Positions 28,135 to 37,147 are shown, counted from the stretch's first letter. The stretch: DNA of 64,000 nt from Tidjanibacter sp. (GCA_017466345.1 JAFTUI010000001.1:13808-77807); one strand, 5' to 3'. A program made the numbers and translations. The notes: generated from the letters alone by a model not told the origin.

Positions 28135-29163
28135 ATGAAAAGAGCGTTGTTTTCCCTTGCAACCGCACTCCTTATGATAAGTTGCGGTAGCGATTACATC
28201 GTTAAGGGTACCATCGAGGGTTATTCGGGCGAGGTAAAACTGATGGCTAACAAGAGTCAAGAGTGTTTCGGCTCTGTTGTGACCAAGGATGGCTCGTTCG
28301 AGATAGATATTGACACCAAGGCTCCAATGTTTGCAGTCCTCGTGGTGGGTGATAAACAGCGTATGCTCTTTGTTGAGGAGGGCGAGGTTGTTGTTACGGG
28401 CTCCTTGGAGGAGTGGGGTAGTGTGACCGTTACGGGCACCGCCTCCAACGAGGCTAATGAGGTCTATCGTGCCGAGGAGAAGGCTCTTATGGAGGCTTAT
28501 GTGGCTGCCAAGAGCGAGGAGGAGAGAAACGCCGCCGAGCAGGCATACGATGTACATACCACCACTGCGTATGAGGCTAACAAAGACAACCTCTTTGGTC
28601 TTTATCTCTTGGCAACGCAAATCTACTACTCGATGTCGCCAGACGAGATTTTAGCGGCAGTGGATGCCTTGCCCAAAGAACTGCAAAAATCACATACGGC
28701 AATCACCTTGCGCAACCACGCAGAGGGTATTAAGAGGGTAGATGTGGGACAGAAATTCATTGACCTCAGCCTGCCTGATGCGGAGGGTAATGTAGTGAAA
28801 CTCAGCGATGTGCTTGCAAAGAATAAATACGTTCTTTTGGACTTCTGGGCTTCGTGGTGCGGACCTTGTATGGGCGAGGTACCCTATCTTGTGGAGGATT
28901 ACGCCAAGTACCACAAAAAAGGCTTCGAGATTTATGGTGTGAGCCTCGATAAGACTCGCGAGCCTTGGCTGAAAGCTATCGAGAGCAAGAAACTCGTATG
29001 GATTAACGTGAGCGAGTTGAAGTTTTGGGATGATGAGGCTGCAAAGCAATATGCCGTAAGGAGCATTCCCTCCAACTTCCTCATCGCCTCAGATGGCACC
29101 ATCGTTGCCCGCAATTTGCGTGGCGAGGAGTTGGGTGCGAAGTTAGCCGAACTCCTCAAATAG
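28135..29163 (+). CDS. TlpA/AhpC-TSA redoxin lipoprotein (tandem paralog)
   Basis: Lipobox MISC; DFWASWCGPC motif; same architecture as the upstream gene. Confidence 0.9.
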   Translation: MKRALFSLATALLMISCGSDYIVKGTIEGYSGEVKLMANKSQECFGSVVTKDGSFEIDIDTKAPMFAVLVVGDKQRMLFVEEGEVVVTGSLEEWGSVTVTGTASNEANEVYRAEEKALMEAYVAAKSEEERNAAEQAYDVHTTTAYEANKDNLFGLYLLATQIYYSMSPDEILAAVDALPKELQKSHTAITLRNHAEGIKRVDVGQKFIDLSLPDAEGNVVKLSDVLAKNKYVLLDFWASWCGPCMGEVPYLVEDYAKYHKKGFEIYGVSLDKTREPWLKAIESKKLVWINVSELKFWDDEAAKQYAVRSIPSNFLIASDGTIVARNLRGEELGAKLAELLK

Positions 29164-29273
29164 GGCGCGAGTGTGCCTTGTGGGTGCTTTTTGCACCAAA
29201 CTACGATCAACCACCTTCTCATTTACGAAAAGTAAATTGCGAAGGTGGTTTTCTTGTTCGCCTACTACTCGCC
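29164..29273 (+). repeat. Palindromic element, copy 5
   Basis: Core AACCACCTT-CTCATTTACG-AAAA-GTAAATTGCG-AAGGTGGTT. Confidence 0.8.
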
Positions 29274-29311
29274 TCACAAATCAGACTCTCCCGAGCGATA
29301 GGATAAGGCTT

Positions 29312-29381
29312 ATGGGAGATATGGGAGATATGGGAGATATGGGAGATATGGGAGATATGGGAGATATGGGAGATATGGGAG
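29312..29381 (+). repeat. (ATGGGAGAT)7.8 perfect 9-mer microsatellite
   Basis: Seven exact units plus a partial unit. Confidence 0.92.
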
Positions 29382-29430
29382 TGTTCGCTATCTTAGTTCT
29401 CTCTTCGATTTACAGGCGGCACAAAATAAG

Positions 29431-29458
29431 AAAGGGAGTTCCATTTGGAACTCCCTTT
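29431..29458 (-). terminator. tRNA-Arg terminator
   Basis: AAAGGGAGTTCCA-TT-TGGAACTCCCTTT hairpin immediately 3' of the tRNA. Confidence 0.75.
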
Positions 29459-29459
29459 G

Positions 29460-29533
29460 TGACACCGACAGGACTCAAACCTGTAACCTTCTGATCCGTA
29501 GTCAGATGCTCTATTCAATTAAGCTACGGTGCC
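29460..29533 (-). tRNA. tRNA-Arg(ACG)
   Basis: GGCACCG/CGGTGTC acceptor stem; anticodon arm TCTGA-CTACGGA-TCAGA; CCA not encoded. Confidence 0.95.
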
Positions 29534-29670
29534 GAATTGCGAGTGCAAATATACGGCTTTTTTGGGTATCTGCAAGAAAAAAAGCGAAAATTTTGCAATC
29601 TTTTTTATGCCCCACTCATTATCAGACCTTTACATCTGGCAGTGGAGTGGGGCACTATTTCTGTCGCAAT

Positions 29671-30546
29671 CTAAAAGGCTGCGAGTTTGTCCAGAGCCAT
29701 CTCAATCATCTGCCTTACGAAGGGTTTGTAGTCGGTATTCATATCCTTCACAGCCCTCTGAGCGATGATTGTGCAGAGTGTACCTGCGCGGTGTCCCATA
29801 AGCCTGCCCAAGCCCGCAAGTGCGCTACCCTCCATCTCGAAGTTGGTGATGCGGCGACCTTTGTGGCGGAAACTCTCAATCTTGGCATTGAGCTCCTTGT
29901 CGGCGGGGGCGATGCGCAGCCACCTGCCCTGAGGACCATAGAAACCGGGTGCAGCAACCGTAATACCCTCCACCACCGAATCCTTGAAGTGCTCATAGAG
30001 CGACTCATCGGCATTGATGAAGTAGGGTGCGGGAAGTTGAGCGTTCCAGCCCGTATGCTCCACAAAAGCCTCCTCAATGGCAAGGTCGCACACATCGTTG
30101 CGTCCTGCGTAGTAGTTCAGTAGACCATCGAAGCCCACCGAGGTGCGTGCAAAGACGAATGAGCCGAGAGGAATATCGGGCTGAATGGCGCCCGAAGTGC
30201 CGAGGCGGAGCAGTGTGAGTGAGCGGTGCTCTGCCTTCTCGGTGCGAGTCGCAAAGTCGATATTTGCCAGAGCATCCAACTCGCTGACAACAATGTCGAT
30301 ATTGTCCGTACCGATACCTGTCGAGATGACGGTCATACGTTTGCCCTTATAGGAGCCCGTAATGGTGCGGAACTCGCGGCTGGCGATGTTGCATTCCTGA
30401 GTGTCGAAATAACTTGCCACCATCTCAACCCTGCCGGGGTCGCCAACCAAGATTACGGTGTCGGCGAGGTGCTCGGGGCGGATGTGGAGATGGAAAATAG
30501 AACCATCGGAGTTGATGATGAGTTCTGAGGAGGGAATGATTCTCAT
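29671..30546 (-). CDS. Nucleoside phosphorylase (uridine phosphorylase-like)
   Basis: VGDPGRV, REFRTITG, STGIGTDN, RLGTSG and NFEME motifs. Confidence 0.92.
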   Translation of the reverse strand: MRIIPSSELIINSDGSIFHLHIRPEHLADTVILVGDPGRVEMVASYFDTQECNIASREFRTITGSYKGKRMTVISTGIGTDNIDIVVSELDALANIDFATRTEKAEHRSLTLLRLGTSGAIQPDIPLGSFVFARTSVGFDGLLNYYAGRNDVCDLAIEEAFVEHTGWNAQLPAPYFINADESLYEHFKDSVVEGITVAAPGFYGPQGRWLRIAPADKELNAKIESFRHKGRRITNFEMEGSALAGLGRLMGHRAGTLCTIIAQRAVKDMNTDYKPFVRQMIEMALDKLAAF

Positions 30547-30662
30547 AATTTTATAGTATTAAAATTTTATATATTGCCTAATTTTTGTAAATTTGTAACC
30601 TACCCACAGTGGGGTAGACAATTACAAAAATAGTGAAAATTTCTTTAAGTGAACCTAAAATT

Positions 30663-32024
30663 ATGAAAAAGAGTAATCAATTTGTCCAAGAAAACCGCGA
30701 GCGCTTCCTCGAAGAACTCTTTGAGTTGCTCCGCATCCCCTCCATCAGCGCACAAAGTTTCCACCACGAAGATATGGTCAGGACTGCCGAGTGGCTCCGT
30801 GAGGCACTCCTCAGGGCGGGTGCTGATCGTGCCGAGGTTATGCCCACCGCAGGCAACCCCGTAGTCTATGCCGAGAAGATTATCGACCCCGCGAAACCTA
30901 CCGTGGTGGTCTATGGTCACTATGACGTGATGCCCGAGGACCCCAAAGGCGAGTGGCTCACCGACCCCTTCGAGCCCGTCATCAAAGATGGACGCATTTG
31001 GTGCCGTGGTGCCGATGACGACAAGGGACAACTCTTTATGCACGCCAAGGCTTTCGAGGCTATGGTGCAGACGGGCGAACTCCCCTGCAATGTGAAGTTT
31101 ATGCTCGAAGGCGAGGAGGAGATTGGCTCGCCCAGCCTCTACGCTTGGTGCGAGGAGAATAAGGAACTCGTGAAAGGCGACATTATCCTCATTTCGGATA
31201 CGAGTATGATTTCGATGGATACCCCCTCCATCACTTGTGGTCTGCGTGGCTTGTGTTATATGCAGGTGGAGGTTACGGGTCCCGACCACGACCTGCACTC
31301 CGGACTGTATGGTGGTGCTGTTGCCAACCCCGCAAATGTTCTCGCAAACCTCATTACCAAACTTGTTGATGAGCAGGGACGTGTGACCATCCCCGGCTTC
31401 TATGACGATGTGCGCCTGCTGACCGAAGAGGAGCGCATCAACTTCAACAAAGCGCCCTACGACAAGGAGGAGTATATGCGCGGTGTTGGCGTGGAGGAAC
31501 TCGCTGGCGAGGAGGGCTTTACGACTATCGAGCGCACGGGTGTCCGTCCCTCGCTGGATGTGAATGGCATTTGGGGCGGCTACACCCTCGAAGGTACCAA
31601 GACCATCATCCCCTCGAAGGCTTACGCTAAGATCTCTATGCGCCTTGTGCCCGACCAGAATTGGAAGAAGATTGCCCAACTTTTCGAGGACTACTTCCGC
31701 AGCATAGCACCCAAGTGCGTGAAGGTGGATGTTAAGGCTCTGCACGGCGGTCAGCCCTACGTTTCGCCCACCGATTTGAAGGCTTATAAGGCTGCCGAGG
31801 CGGCTATTGTTGATACCTTCGGCAAACAACCTCTGCCCTTCTATTCGGGCGGTAGTATTCCCATTGTGAGTGGTTTCGAGAATATACTCGGTATGAAGTC
31901 CATACTCATTGGCTTTGGCTTGGGTAAGGACGCAATCCACTCTCCCAACGAGAGTTATGGTCTTGACCAGTTCTATAAGGGTATCGAAACCATCATCCGC
32001 TTCTACCACCATTTCGCTAAGTAA
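30663..32024 (+). CDS. M20 family dipeptidase
   Basis: YGHYDV, GRGADDDKG-like RGADDDKGQ, EGEEE, DLHSG and IHSPNE motifs; start moved to MKKSNQ. Confidence 0.92.
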   Translation: MKKSNQFVQENRERFLEELFELLRIPSISAQSFHHEDMVRTAEWLREALLRAGADRAEVMPTAGNPVVYAEKIIDPAKPTVVVYGHYDVMPEDPKGEWLTDPFEPVIKDGRIWCRGADDDKGQLFMHAKAFEAMVQTGELPCNVKFMLEGEEEIGSPSLYAWCEENKELVKGDIILISDTSMISMDTPSITCGLRGLCYMQVEVTGPDHDLHSGLYGGAVANPANVLANLITKLVDEQGRVTIPGFYDDVRLLTEEERINFNKAPYDKEEYMRGVGVEELAGEEGFTTIERTGVRPSLDVNGIWGGYTLEGTKTIIPSKAYAKISMRLVPDQNWKKIAQLFEDYFRSIAPKCVKVDVKALHGGQPYVSPTDLKAYKAAEAAIVDTFGKQPLPFYSGGSIPIVSGFENILGMKSILIGFGLGKDAIHSPNESYGLDQFYKGIETIIRFYHHFAK

Positions 32025-32146
32025 AAAACGCATATAATCGGCGTCTTTGGCGTTGCACTTCAAAAGCGAGTTCCTCACATAGGCTTACTATGCTGCGGAC
32101 TCGCTTTTTTGTGCGCCTAAAATACGCTCGATTCTCTGCGTTTTTT
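32023..32146 (+). repeat. Palindromic element, copy 6
   Basis: IR AAAAAACGCA/TGCGTTTTTT; core AAAAGCGAGTTC-CTCACATAG-GCTTA-CTATGCTGCG-GACTCGCTTTT. Confidence 0.8.
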
Positions 32147-32216
32147 CGTTGTTTGTTCTTTGCAAGCCTTGTACTCGCCTCACGCTATGCAAAATGCGGT
32201 TGTGGGGTTGCCTAAT

Positions 32217-32292
32217 GTCGATAGTCCTAAGTCTTTAAGGAGTTTAAGGAGTTTAAGGAGTTTAAGGAGTTTAAGGTCTTTAAGGTCCTTAA
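32217..32292 (+). repeat. GTCGATAGTCC followed by a (TAAGGAGTT)n 9-mer array
   Basis: Same lead-in as the 13310 and 21096 arrays. Confidence 0.8.
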
Positions 32293-32369
32293 TTTAGTCC
32301 TCATCTAACTTATGGGGAGAGTTCCCATTCCTCCCATTCCTCCCATTTGTTGGGGGAGAGAATAATAAT

Positions 32370-32415
32370 TTTTCAACTTTCAACTTTCAATTTTCAACTT
32401 TATTTCTTAGTTTTG
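32370..32415 (+). promoter_or_regulatory. dnaN promoter with an upstream (YTTTCAA)4 array
   Basis: TAGTTTTG at 32408-32415; TTTC at 32385-32388, 19 nt upstream. Confidence 0.7.
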
Positions 32416-32520
32416 TAGATTAAATAGGGTACTTGTGTGCGCACGCGAGTGGGTGCGCGTGCGAGTAATCACTGAAAGTAGAATAAATAGTAAACGTAAA
32501 ACAATAAAAATCAAAGCATT

Positions 32521-33645
32521 ATGAAATTTACAATCTCCTCTTCGGCACTTTTGTCGCTCCTTTCGACAACGGGTAAGGTGGTAAGCAGCAAGAACACTCT
32601 GCCTATCCTCGACTATTTTCTCTTCGATTTGAAGGGCAACACTCTGAAAGTTACCGCTTCCGACCTCGAAACCACTCTCGTGGGCAGCATCAATGTAGAG
32701 AGTGTGGAGCGTGAGGGTATCATCGCAGCCCCCGTAAAGCTGATGCTCGACTCGCTCAAAGAGTTCTCCGAGCAGCCCCTCACAATCGAGGCTAACGAGG
32801 ATACTTGGGAGATTACCGTAAGTTGGAAGAGCGGTTCGCTCAACATCCCCGGCACCTCGGGCTTGGGCTATCCCGCACTCCCCGAACTCGCCGAGGACAA
32901 AATTGAGGTCGCTCTGGACGTGGATATGATGATTGGCGGTATCAACAAGACCATCTTCGCAACTGCCGATGACGACTTGCGCCCCGTGATGAACGGTATC
33001 TATGTGAACCTTGCACAGGGCTTGGTTACCTACGTTGCTACCGATGCCCACAAACTCGTTAAGCACACCGCTGAGGCTGAGGTGGCGGCAGAGGCTTCGT
33101 TCATCCTGCCCAAAAAACCCTCCAACCTGCTGCGTGGTATCCTGCTCAAAGAGGAGGACGCTGTGAAGGTGGCTTTCGACAAGAAGAATGTTGTTTTCTA
33201 CTTGAAGAACAGCACTTTGGTATGCCGTCTTATTGAGGGTGTATATCCCAACTATAATGCAGTTATTCCCGCAGCCAACCCCAATAGGGTTATCGTTGAC
33301 AGGGTAGAGTTGCTCAATGCCATCAAGCGTGTGGCAGTCTGCTCGAACCAGGCTACCAACCTTGTGGAGTTCAGCATTGGTGCCAACACCATCAACCTTG
33401 CAACCAAAGACCTCGACTTCTCCTACTCGGCACGCGAGAGCGTTTCGTGCGCCTACGAGGGACAACCTATCGTCATTGGCTTCAAATCGACTTTCCTTGT
33501 GGATATTCTCTCCAACATCGAGACCCCCAGCGTTGTCGTTGAGTTGGCAGACTCCACTCGTGCAGGCGTCTTCAAACCCCTCTACGATGAGCCTCAGAGC
33601 GCAAATACCCTGATGCTCTTGATGCCTATGATGATTAACTCGTAG
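32521..33645 (+). CDS. dnaN: DNA polymerase III beta sliding clamp
   Basis: ASDLET, RPVMNG, ATDAHKL and RLIEGVYPNY motifs; C-terminal LLMPMM. Confidence 0.97.
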   Translation: MKFTISSSALLSLLSTTGKVVSSKNTLPILDYFLFDLKGNTLKVTASDLETTLVGSINVESVEREGIIAAPVKLMLDSLKEFSEQPLTIEANEDTWEITVSWKSGSLNIPGTSGLGYPALPELAEDKIEVALDVDMMIGGINKTIFATADDDLRPVMNGIYVNLAQGLVTYVATDAHKLVKHTAEAEVAAEASFILPKKPSNLLRGILLKEEDAVKVAFDKKNVVFYLKNSTLVCRLIEGVYPNYNAVIPAANPNRVIVDRVELLNAIKRVAVCSNQATNLVEFSIGANTINLATKDLDFSYSARESVSCAYEGQPIVIGFKSTFLVDILSNIETPSVVVELADSTRAGVFKPLYDEPQSANTLMLLMPMMINS

Positions 33646-33648
33646 AAT

Positions 33649-34431
33649 ATGGAACTAAATCTCAAAAACCCGATAGTATTCTTCGACCTCGAAACCACCG
33701 GTATAGACATCGTCAAGGACCGCATCATCGAGATTTCGCTCGTGAAAGTGAGCCCCGGTAGCGACAAACCATTGGTAAAGACGCGCCGAATTAAACCCAT
33801 TGATGACAATGGCGAGGTGATGCACATCCCCGCAGAGGCCACAGCGGTTCACGGTATTACCGATGAGGATGTGGCAGGGGAGTATACCTTCCGTCAGATT
33901 GCCAAGTCGCTTGCCGAGCTCATCAAAGGGTGCGATATTGGCGGTTTTAACTCCAATAGGTTCGATGTGCCTATGCTCGCCGAGGAGTTCCTGAGGGCGG
34001 GTGTGGATATTGATCTGAAAAAGCGCAAATTTGTCGATGTGCAGACTATCTTCCACAAGAAGGAGCAACGCACACTCTCGGCAGCTTATATGTTCTACTG
34101 TGGTAAGGAGTTGGAGGGTGCGCACTCGGCAGAGGCGGATACGTTGGCTACCTACGAGGTGCTCAAAGCACAACTCGACCGCTACGAGGACCTGCCCAAC
34201 GACATCGCCGCTTTGGCGGAGTTCAGTCAGCAGAACCGCACAGCCGACTATGCGGGCAGAATTCTCTACGATGATCAGGATAGGGAGATTTTTGGCTTCG
34301 GAAAACACAAAGGCAAACTCGTGGAGGAGGTATTCCGCAAGGAGCCTTCCTACTACGATTGGATGATGGATGGCGATTTCCCGCTCTATACCAAACAGGT
34401 CATAACGCAGATTAAGACCCGTTGCAAGTAG
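33649..34431 (+). CDS. DEDDh 3'-5' exonuclease (Pol III epsilon-like)
   Basis: FDLETTG, GFNSNRFD, AHSAEAD and FGKHKG motifs. Confidence 0.92.
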   Translation: MELNLKNPIVFFDLETTGIDIVKDRIIEISLVKVSPGSDKPLVKTRRIKPIDDNGEVMHIPAEATAVHGITDEDVAGEYTFRQIAKSLAELIKGCDIGGFNSNRFDVPMLAEEFLRAGVDIDLKKRKFVDVQTIFHKKEQRTLSAAYMFYCGKELEGAHSAEADTLATYEVLKAQLDRYEDLPNDIAALAEFSQQNRTADYAGRILYDDQDREIFGFGKHKGKLVEEVFRKEPSYYDWMMDGDFPLYTKQVITQIKTRCK

Positions 34432-34455
34432 AGGTGTAACCCAATTTTTGCACGA

Positions 34456-36279
34456 ATGAAGAGAGAGATTATACTCGTTTGGATGTTGCTCTGTGGGTGT
34501 GTGCTGTCGCTCTCGGCACAGCCCGAACGCTCAAAGGAGGTATTGCGTATCGATGGACAGAATTACTATGTTCATACGGTTGCTGCGGGCGAGGGTGTGG
34601 CAGATATTGCTGCGCTCTACTCGCTCTCGGATAGGGAGATTATCGAGGAGAATGACCTTGACCCTGTGGCTCCTGCCATTGAGGAGGGGAGGGTGCTGAG
34701 GGTGCCCTGCTACGAACGCCTAAGCCGCCTACAACCCAAACGTGGCGATGACCGCTATGACCGCTACCGCACTGTGAGTGGCGAGTCGCTCTTTAAGGTG
34801 GCGGTGGACTTTGCTATTGCCCTCGATACGCTCGTGGAGGATAATGCGGGCTTAGATATTACCAACTTGCATAACAAAACGAGCCTCAATGTGCGCCGCT
34901 CGGCGGCAGGTAGGACACAACTTGCACAGATACAAGAACAGAGTAGTAGGTATGCTGCGTTGCTTGGCTCCCTTTCGCGCGAGTGGGACTATCTTGTTGT
35001 GGGCAAGGGTGGTACGCTCTACTCCATTGCAGTGGAAATGGGTGTTGATGTAGACGATCTGTCGAAGGACAACGGTAATCCCGAACTCATCTATGAGGGT
35101 ATGGCGCTCAAAGTGCGCCGCGCAAACGAAGGCGTGGTGATGGGAGAGTATGAGCCTACCATCAAGAGTGATATTATGGGCTATTTGGATAGCCTCGCAA
35201 CCCACGATGTGGAGTTCCGCCCCTTCGATAAGGATGTCCTTACCGTGTCGCTGATGTTGCCACTGAGCGATACGCTCGGTAGGGTAAGAGGTAGTTTTGT
35301 AGAGTTCTATCAGGGCGCACTGCTTGCTGCTGAGGATTTCAAGGCAGAGGGACGCTCGGTGGATATTCAGCTCTTCAATACGAAGAACTCGGCAGCCTAT
35401 GTAGATGTCTTGGTTGAGCACGAAGATATGTTGGAGAAGACCGATCTCTTTGTTGGTCCCATCTATGAACGTAATGCTGAGGCAGTTGTGGAGTTTGCTG
35501 CCGAAAAGGGTGTGCCTGTGGTGTCGCCACTTGCTACAACCACTTCGGGTACATACGGTAGGCACTACTACCGCCTTGCGCCAACTGATAGCGCACGAAT
35601 GAATAAACTCAGCGGTTTGGTGGCGCCTACTACCAATGTGATAATGGTCTATACCTCCTCGAATGACGAGGAGATGGAACGCGAGATGCTTGCGCTACTT
35701 GGCGACCATCCCTATGGAAAGGTTATCTATAACGAAAGTTTTGAGGTCGATTCGCTCCAAAGCCGCCCCATTGAGGAACTTATGGCAGAGGATGACAACC
35801 TCTTTGTGGTCTTGTCTGATAACGAGATTGAGACCGACCGCTCGCTGGCAATCATCTCTTCGATGATGAACTCTCGCCAACCCAAATATGGCAATCGCAG
35901 GGTGCCTGTGAGAGTTGTGGGCTCGGCTGCGTGGGCGAAGTATAAGAATATGGATAAAAATCTGCTATTCAAACTCGATGTGAGCTATCTTGCCAACTAT
36001 CACGCCGATAGGGGTAGTAAGCGCATTAGGGAGTTCGATAGACGCTTTGTGAGGGAGTTTGGCAGGATGCCATCGATGTTTGCCTACCGAGCTTACGATG
36101 CAGTGAGACTCTTTGCGAGTGCAATTTTTGCGGGTGGAGACCTTGTGTCAGAACTCAATGGCTCGGTGGTGCCACTGCTCCAAGTACCGTATAGTTTTAC
36201 GGAGGAGAATGGCAATATGGTCAATGATTCTTGGGTGTTGGTCAATTATCGCCCGAACTATACGATTAGCATTAAATAA
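34456..36279 (+). CDS. LysM-domain protein with a C-terminal type-I periplasmic binding fold
   Basis: Signal peptide; three LysM-like repeats; LMLPL...EFYQGALLA and GPIY motifs. Confidence 0.8.
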   Translation: MKREIILVWMLLCGCVLSLSAQPERSKEVLRIDGQNYYVHTVAAGEGVADIAALYSLSDREIIEENDLDPVAPAIEEGRVLRVPCYERLSRLQPKRGDDRYDRYRTVSGESLFKVAVDFAIALDTLVEDNAGLDITNLHNKTSLNVRRSAAGRTQLAQIQEQSSRYAALLGSLSREWDYLVVGKGGTLYSIAVEMGVDVDDLSKDNGNPELIYEGMALKVRRANEGVVMGEYEPTIKSDIMGYLDSLATHDVEFRPFDKDVLTVSLMLPLSDTLGRVRGSFVEFYQGALLAAEDFKAEGRSVDIQLFNTKNSAAYVDVLVEHEDMLEKTDLFVGPIYERNAEAVVEFAAEKGVPVVSPLATTTSGTYGRHYYRLAPTDSARMNKLSGLVAPTTNVIMVYTSSNDEEMEREMLALLGDHPYGKVIYNESFEVDSLQSRPIEELMAEDDNLFVVLSDNEIETDRSLAIISSMMNSRQPKYGNRRVPVRVVGSAAWAKYKNMDKNLLFKLDVSYLANYHADRGSKRIREFDRRFVREFGRMPSMFAYRAYDAVRLFASAIFAGGDLVSELNGSVVPLLQVPYSFTEENGNMVNDSWVLVNYRPNYTISIK

Positions 36280-36380
36280 CGCAAGATAGGCGGATGATTT
36301 CCGCGTTATGCTTAAAAGGTGGCTTCCTTGTTTACGCTTAGTAAACTCAGGAGCCACCTTCTTTACGAGTCTTCAAATCC
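36280..36380 (+). repeat. Palindromic element, copy 7 (divergent; right boundary approximate)
   Basis: Core AAGGTGGCTTC-CTTGTTTACG-CTTA-GTAAACTCAG-GAGCCACCTT. Confidence 0.7.
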
Positions 36381-36435
36381 CATTATGGATATATAGGATA
36401 ACCCTCAATTGACCAGCCTTTGGCTGCTCCAAATC

Positions 36436-36476
36436 GCTCTCGCTCTGCAAAGTCTGCAAGCAGCCTCTGCCCTCGC
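36436..36476 (-). repeat. Second hairpin repeat family, copy B
   Basis: Minus strand reads GCGAG-GGCAGAG-N12-CTTTGC-AGAGC-GAGAGC. Confidence 0.55.
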
Positions 36477-36488
36477 TTACTCGCGATT

Positions 36489-36523
36489 TTCTCAATTCTC
36501 AATTCTCAATTCTCAATTCTCAA
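36489..36523 (-). repeat. (TTGAGAA)5 array overlapping the 3' end of a gene
   Basis: Five exact copies; they contain the TGA stop at 36513-36515. Confidence 0.9.
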
Positions 36524-37079
36524 TTTCCCATAGTGGTTCGGCGCAGCGGCGCATCATTTGAGCAATGAGGACATCATCAAGCGAGGAGTAGATGGCGTCC
36601 CATACAAACTGCTGCATAGAACCGTAGATGTTATTGACCTTCTCGGCAAAACAGTTGTAGAAAGAGGCTTGCTGGCTCTTTTTGAGTCCCGGTGGGAGTA
36701 TGCCCGAATCTACGAGTTCATCGTAAGTAAAGATGTGGCGCAGTCGCTCTGGCGAAGCCTTAATCTCGGTGACGATAGCTGCGACAACTACCATCTCCAC
36801 ACTGTCGCCCACCATAGGCATCTCTATAAATTCCACATACGAGGGATACTCCTCCTCCAAGAGGTCTGTCACATTGTTGGCGAAGAGAGCAAACTCCTCT
36901 TCGGTAAGATCTTCGAGATAGACCATTTCGCGCCATTCGCGGAGCATTTTGTGTGCTTCCTCGCGCTGTTTGAGGGTCCATTTGCTGCCACCATTGCCAC
37001 ACGAAGAGAGGAGTAGTACTGAGGCAATGAATAGGGCAGTGATAGCTCCCACCACTGCTTTGATGCGTTTTTGTTGCAT
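36513..37079 (-). CDS. Hypothetical lipoprotein
   Basis: Lipobox LSSC; 188 aa. Confidence 0.75.
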   Translation of the reverse strand: MQQKRIKAVVGAITALFIASVLLLSSCGNGGSKWTLKQREEAHKMLREWREMVYLEDLTEEEFALFANNVTDLLEEEYPSYVEFIEMPMVGDSVEMVVVAAIVTEIKASPERLRHIFTYDELVDSGILPPGLKKSQQASFYNCFAEKVNNIYGSMQQFVWDAIYSSLDDVLIAQMMRRCAEPLWEIEN

Positions 37080-37147
37080 AGAGTTTTTGTTGTTTGGTTA
37101 CAAAATGTGTTATCAATCCCTCGTAACCACAATTTTCACGCCAAAAC

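Noticed and set aside
29171-29494. ORF with (MGD)n repeat as a real protein
   Set aside because: It is simply the translation of the 9-mer microsatellite, spans a repeat element and runs antisense into tRNA-Arg.
29400-29540. tRNA-Arg or tRNA-Gly (38905-38980) as integration sites
   Set aside because: No adjacent integrase, no duplicated tRNA 3' end and no compositional shift; both are followed directly by terminators.
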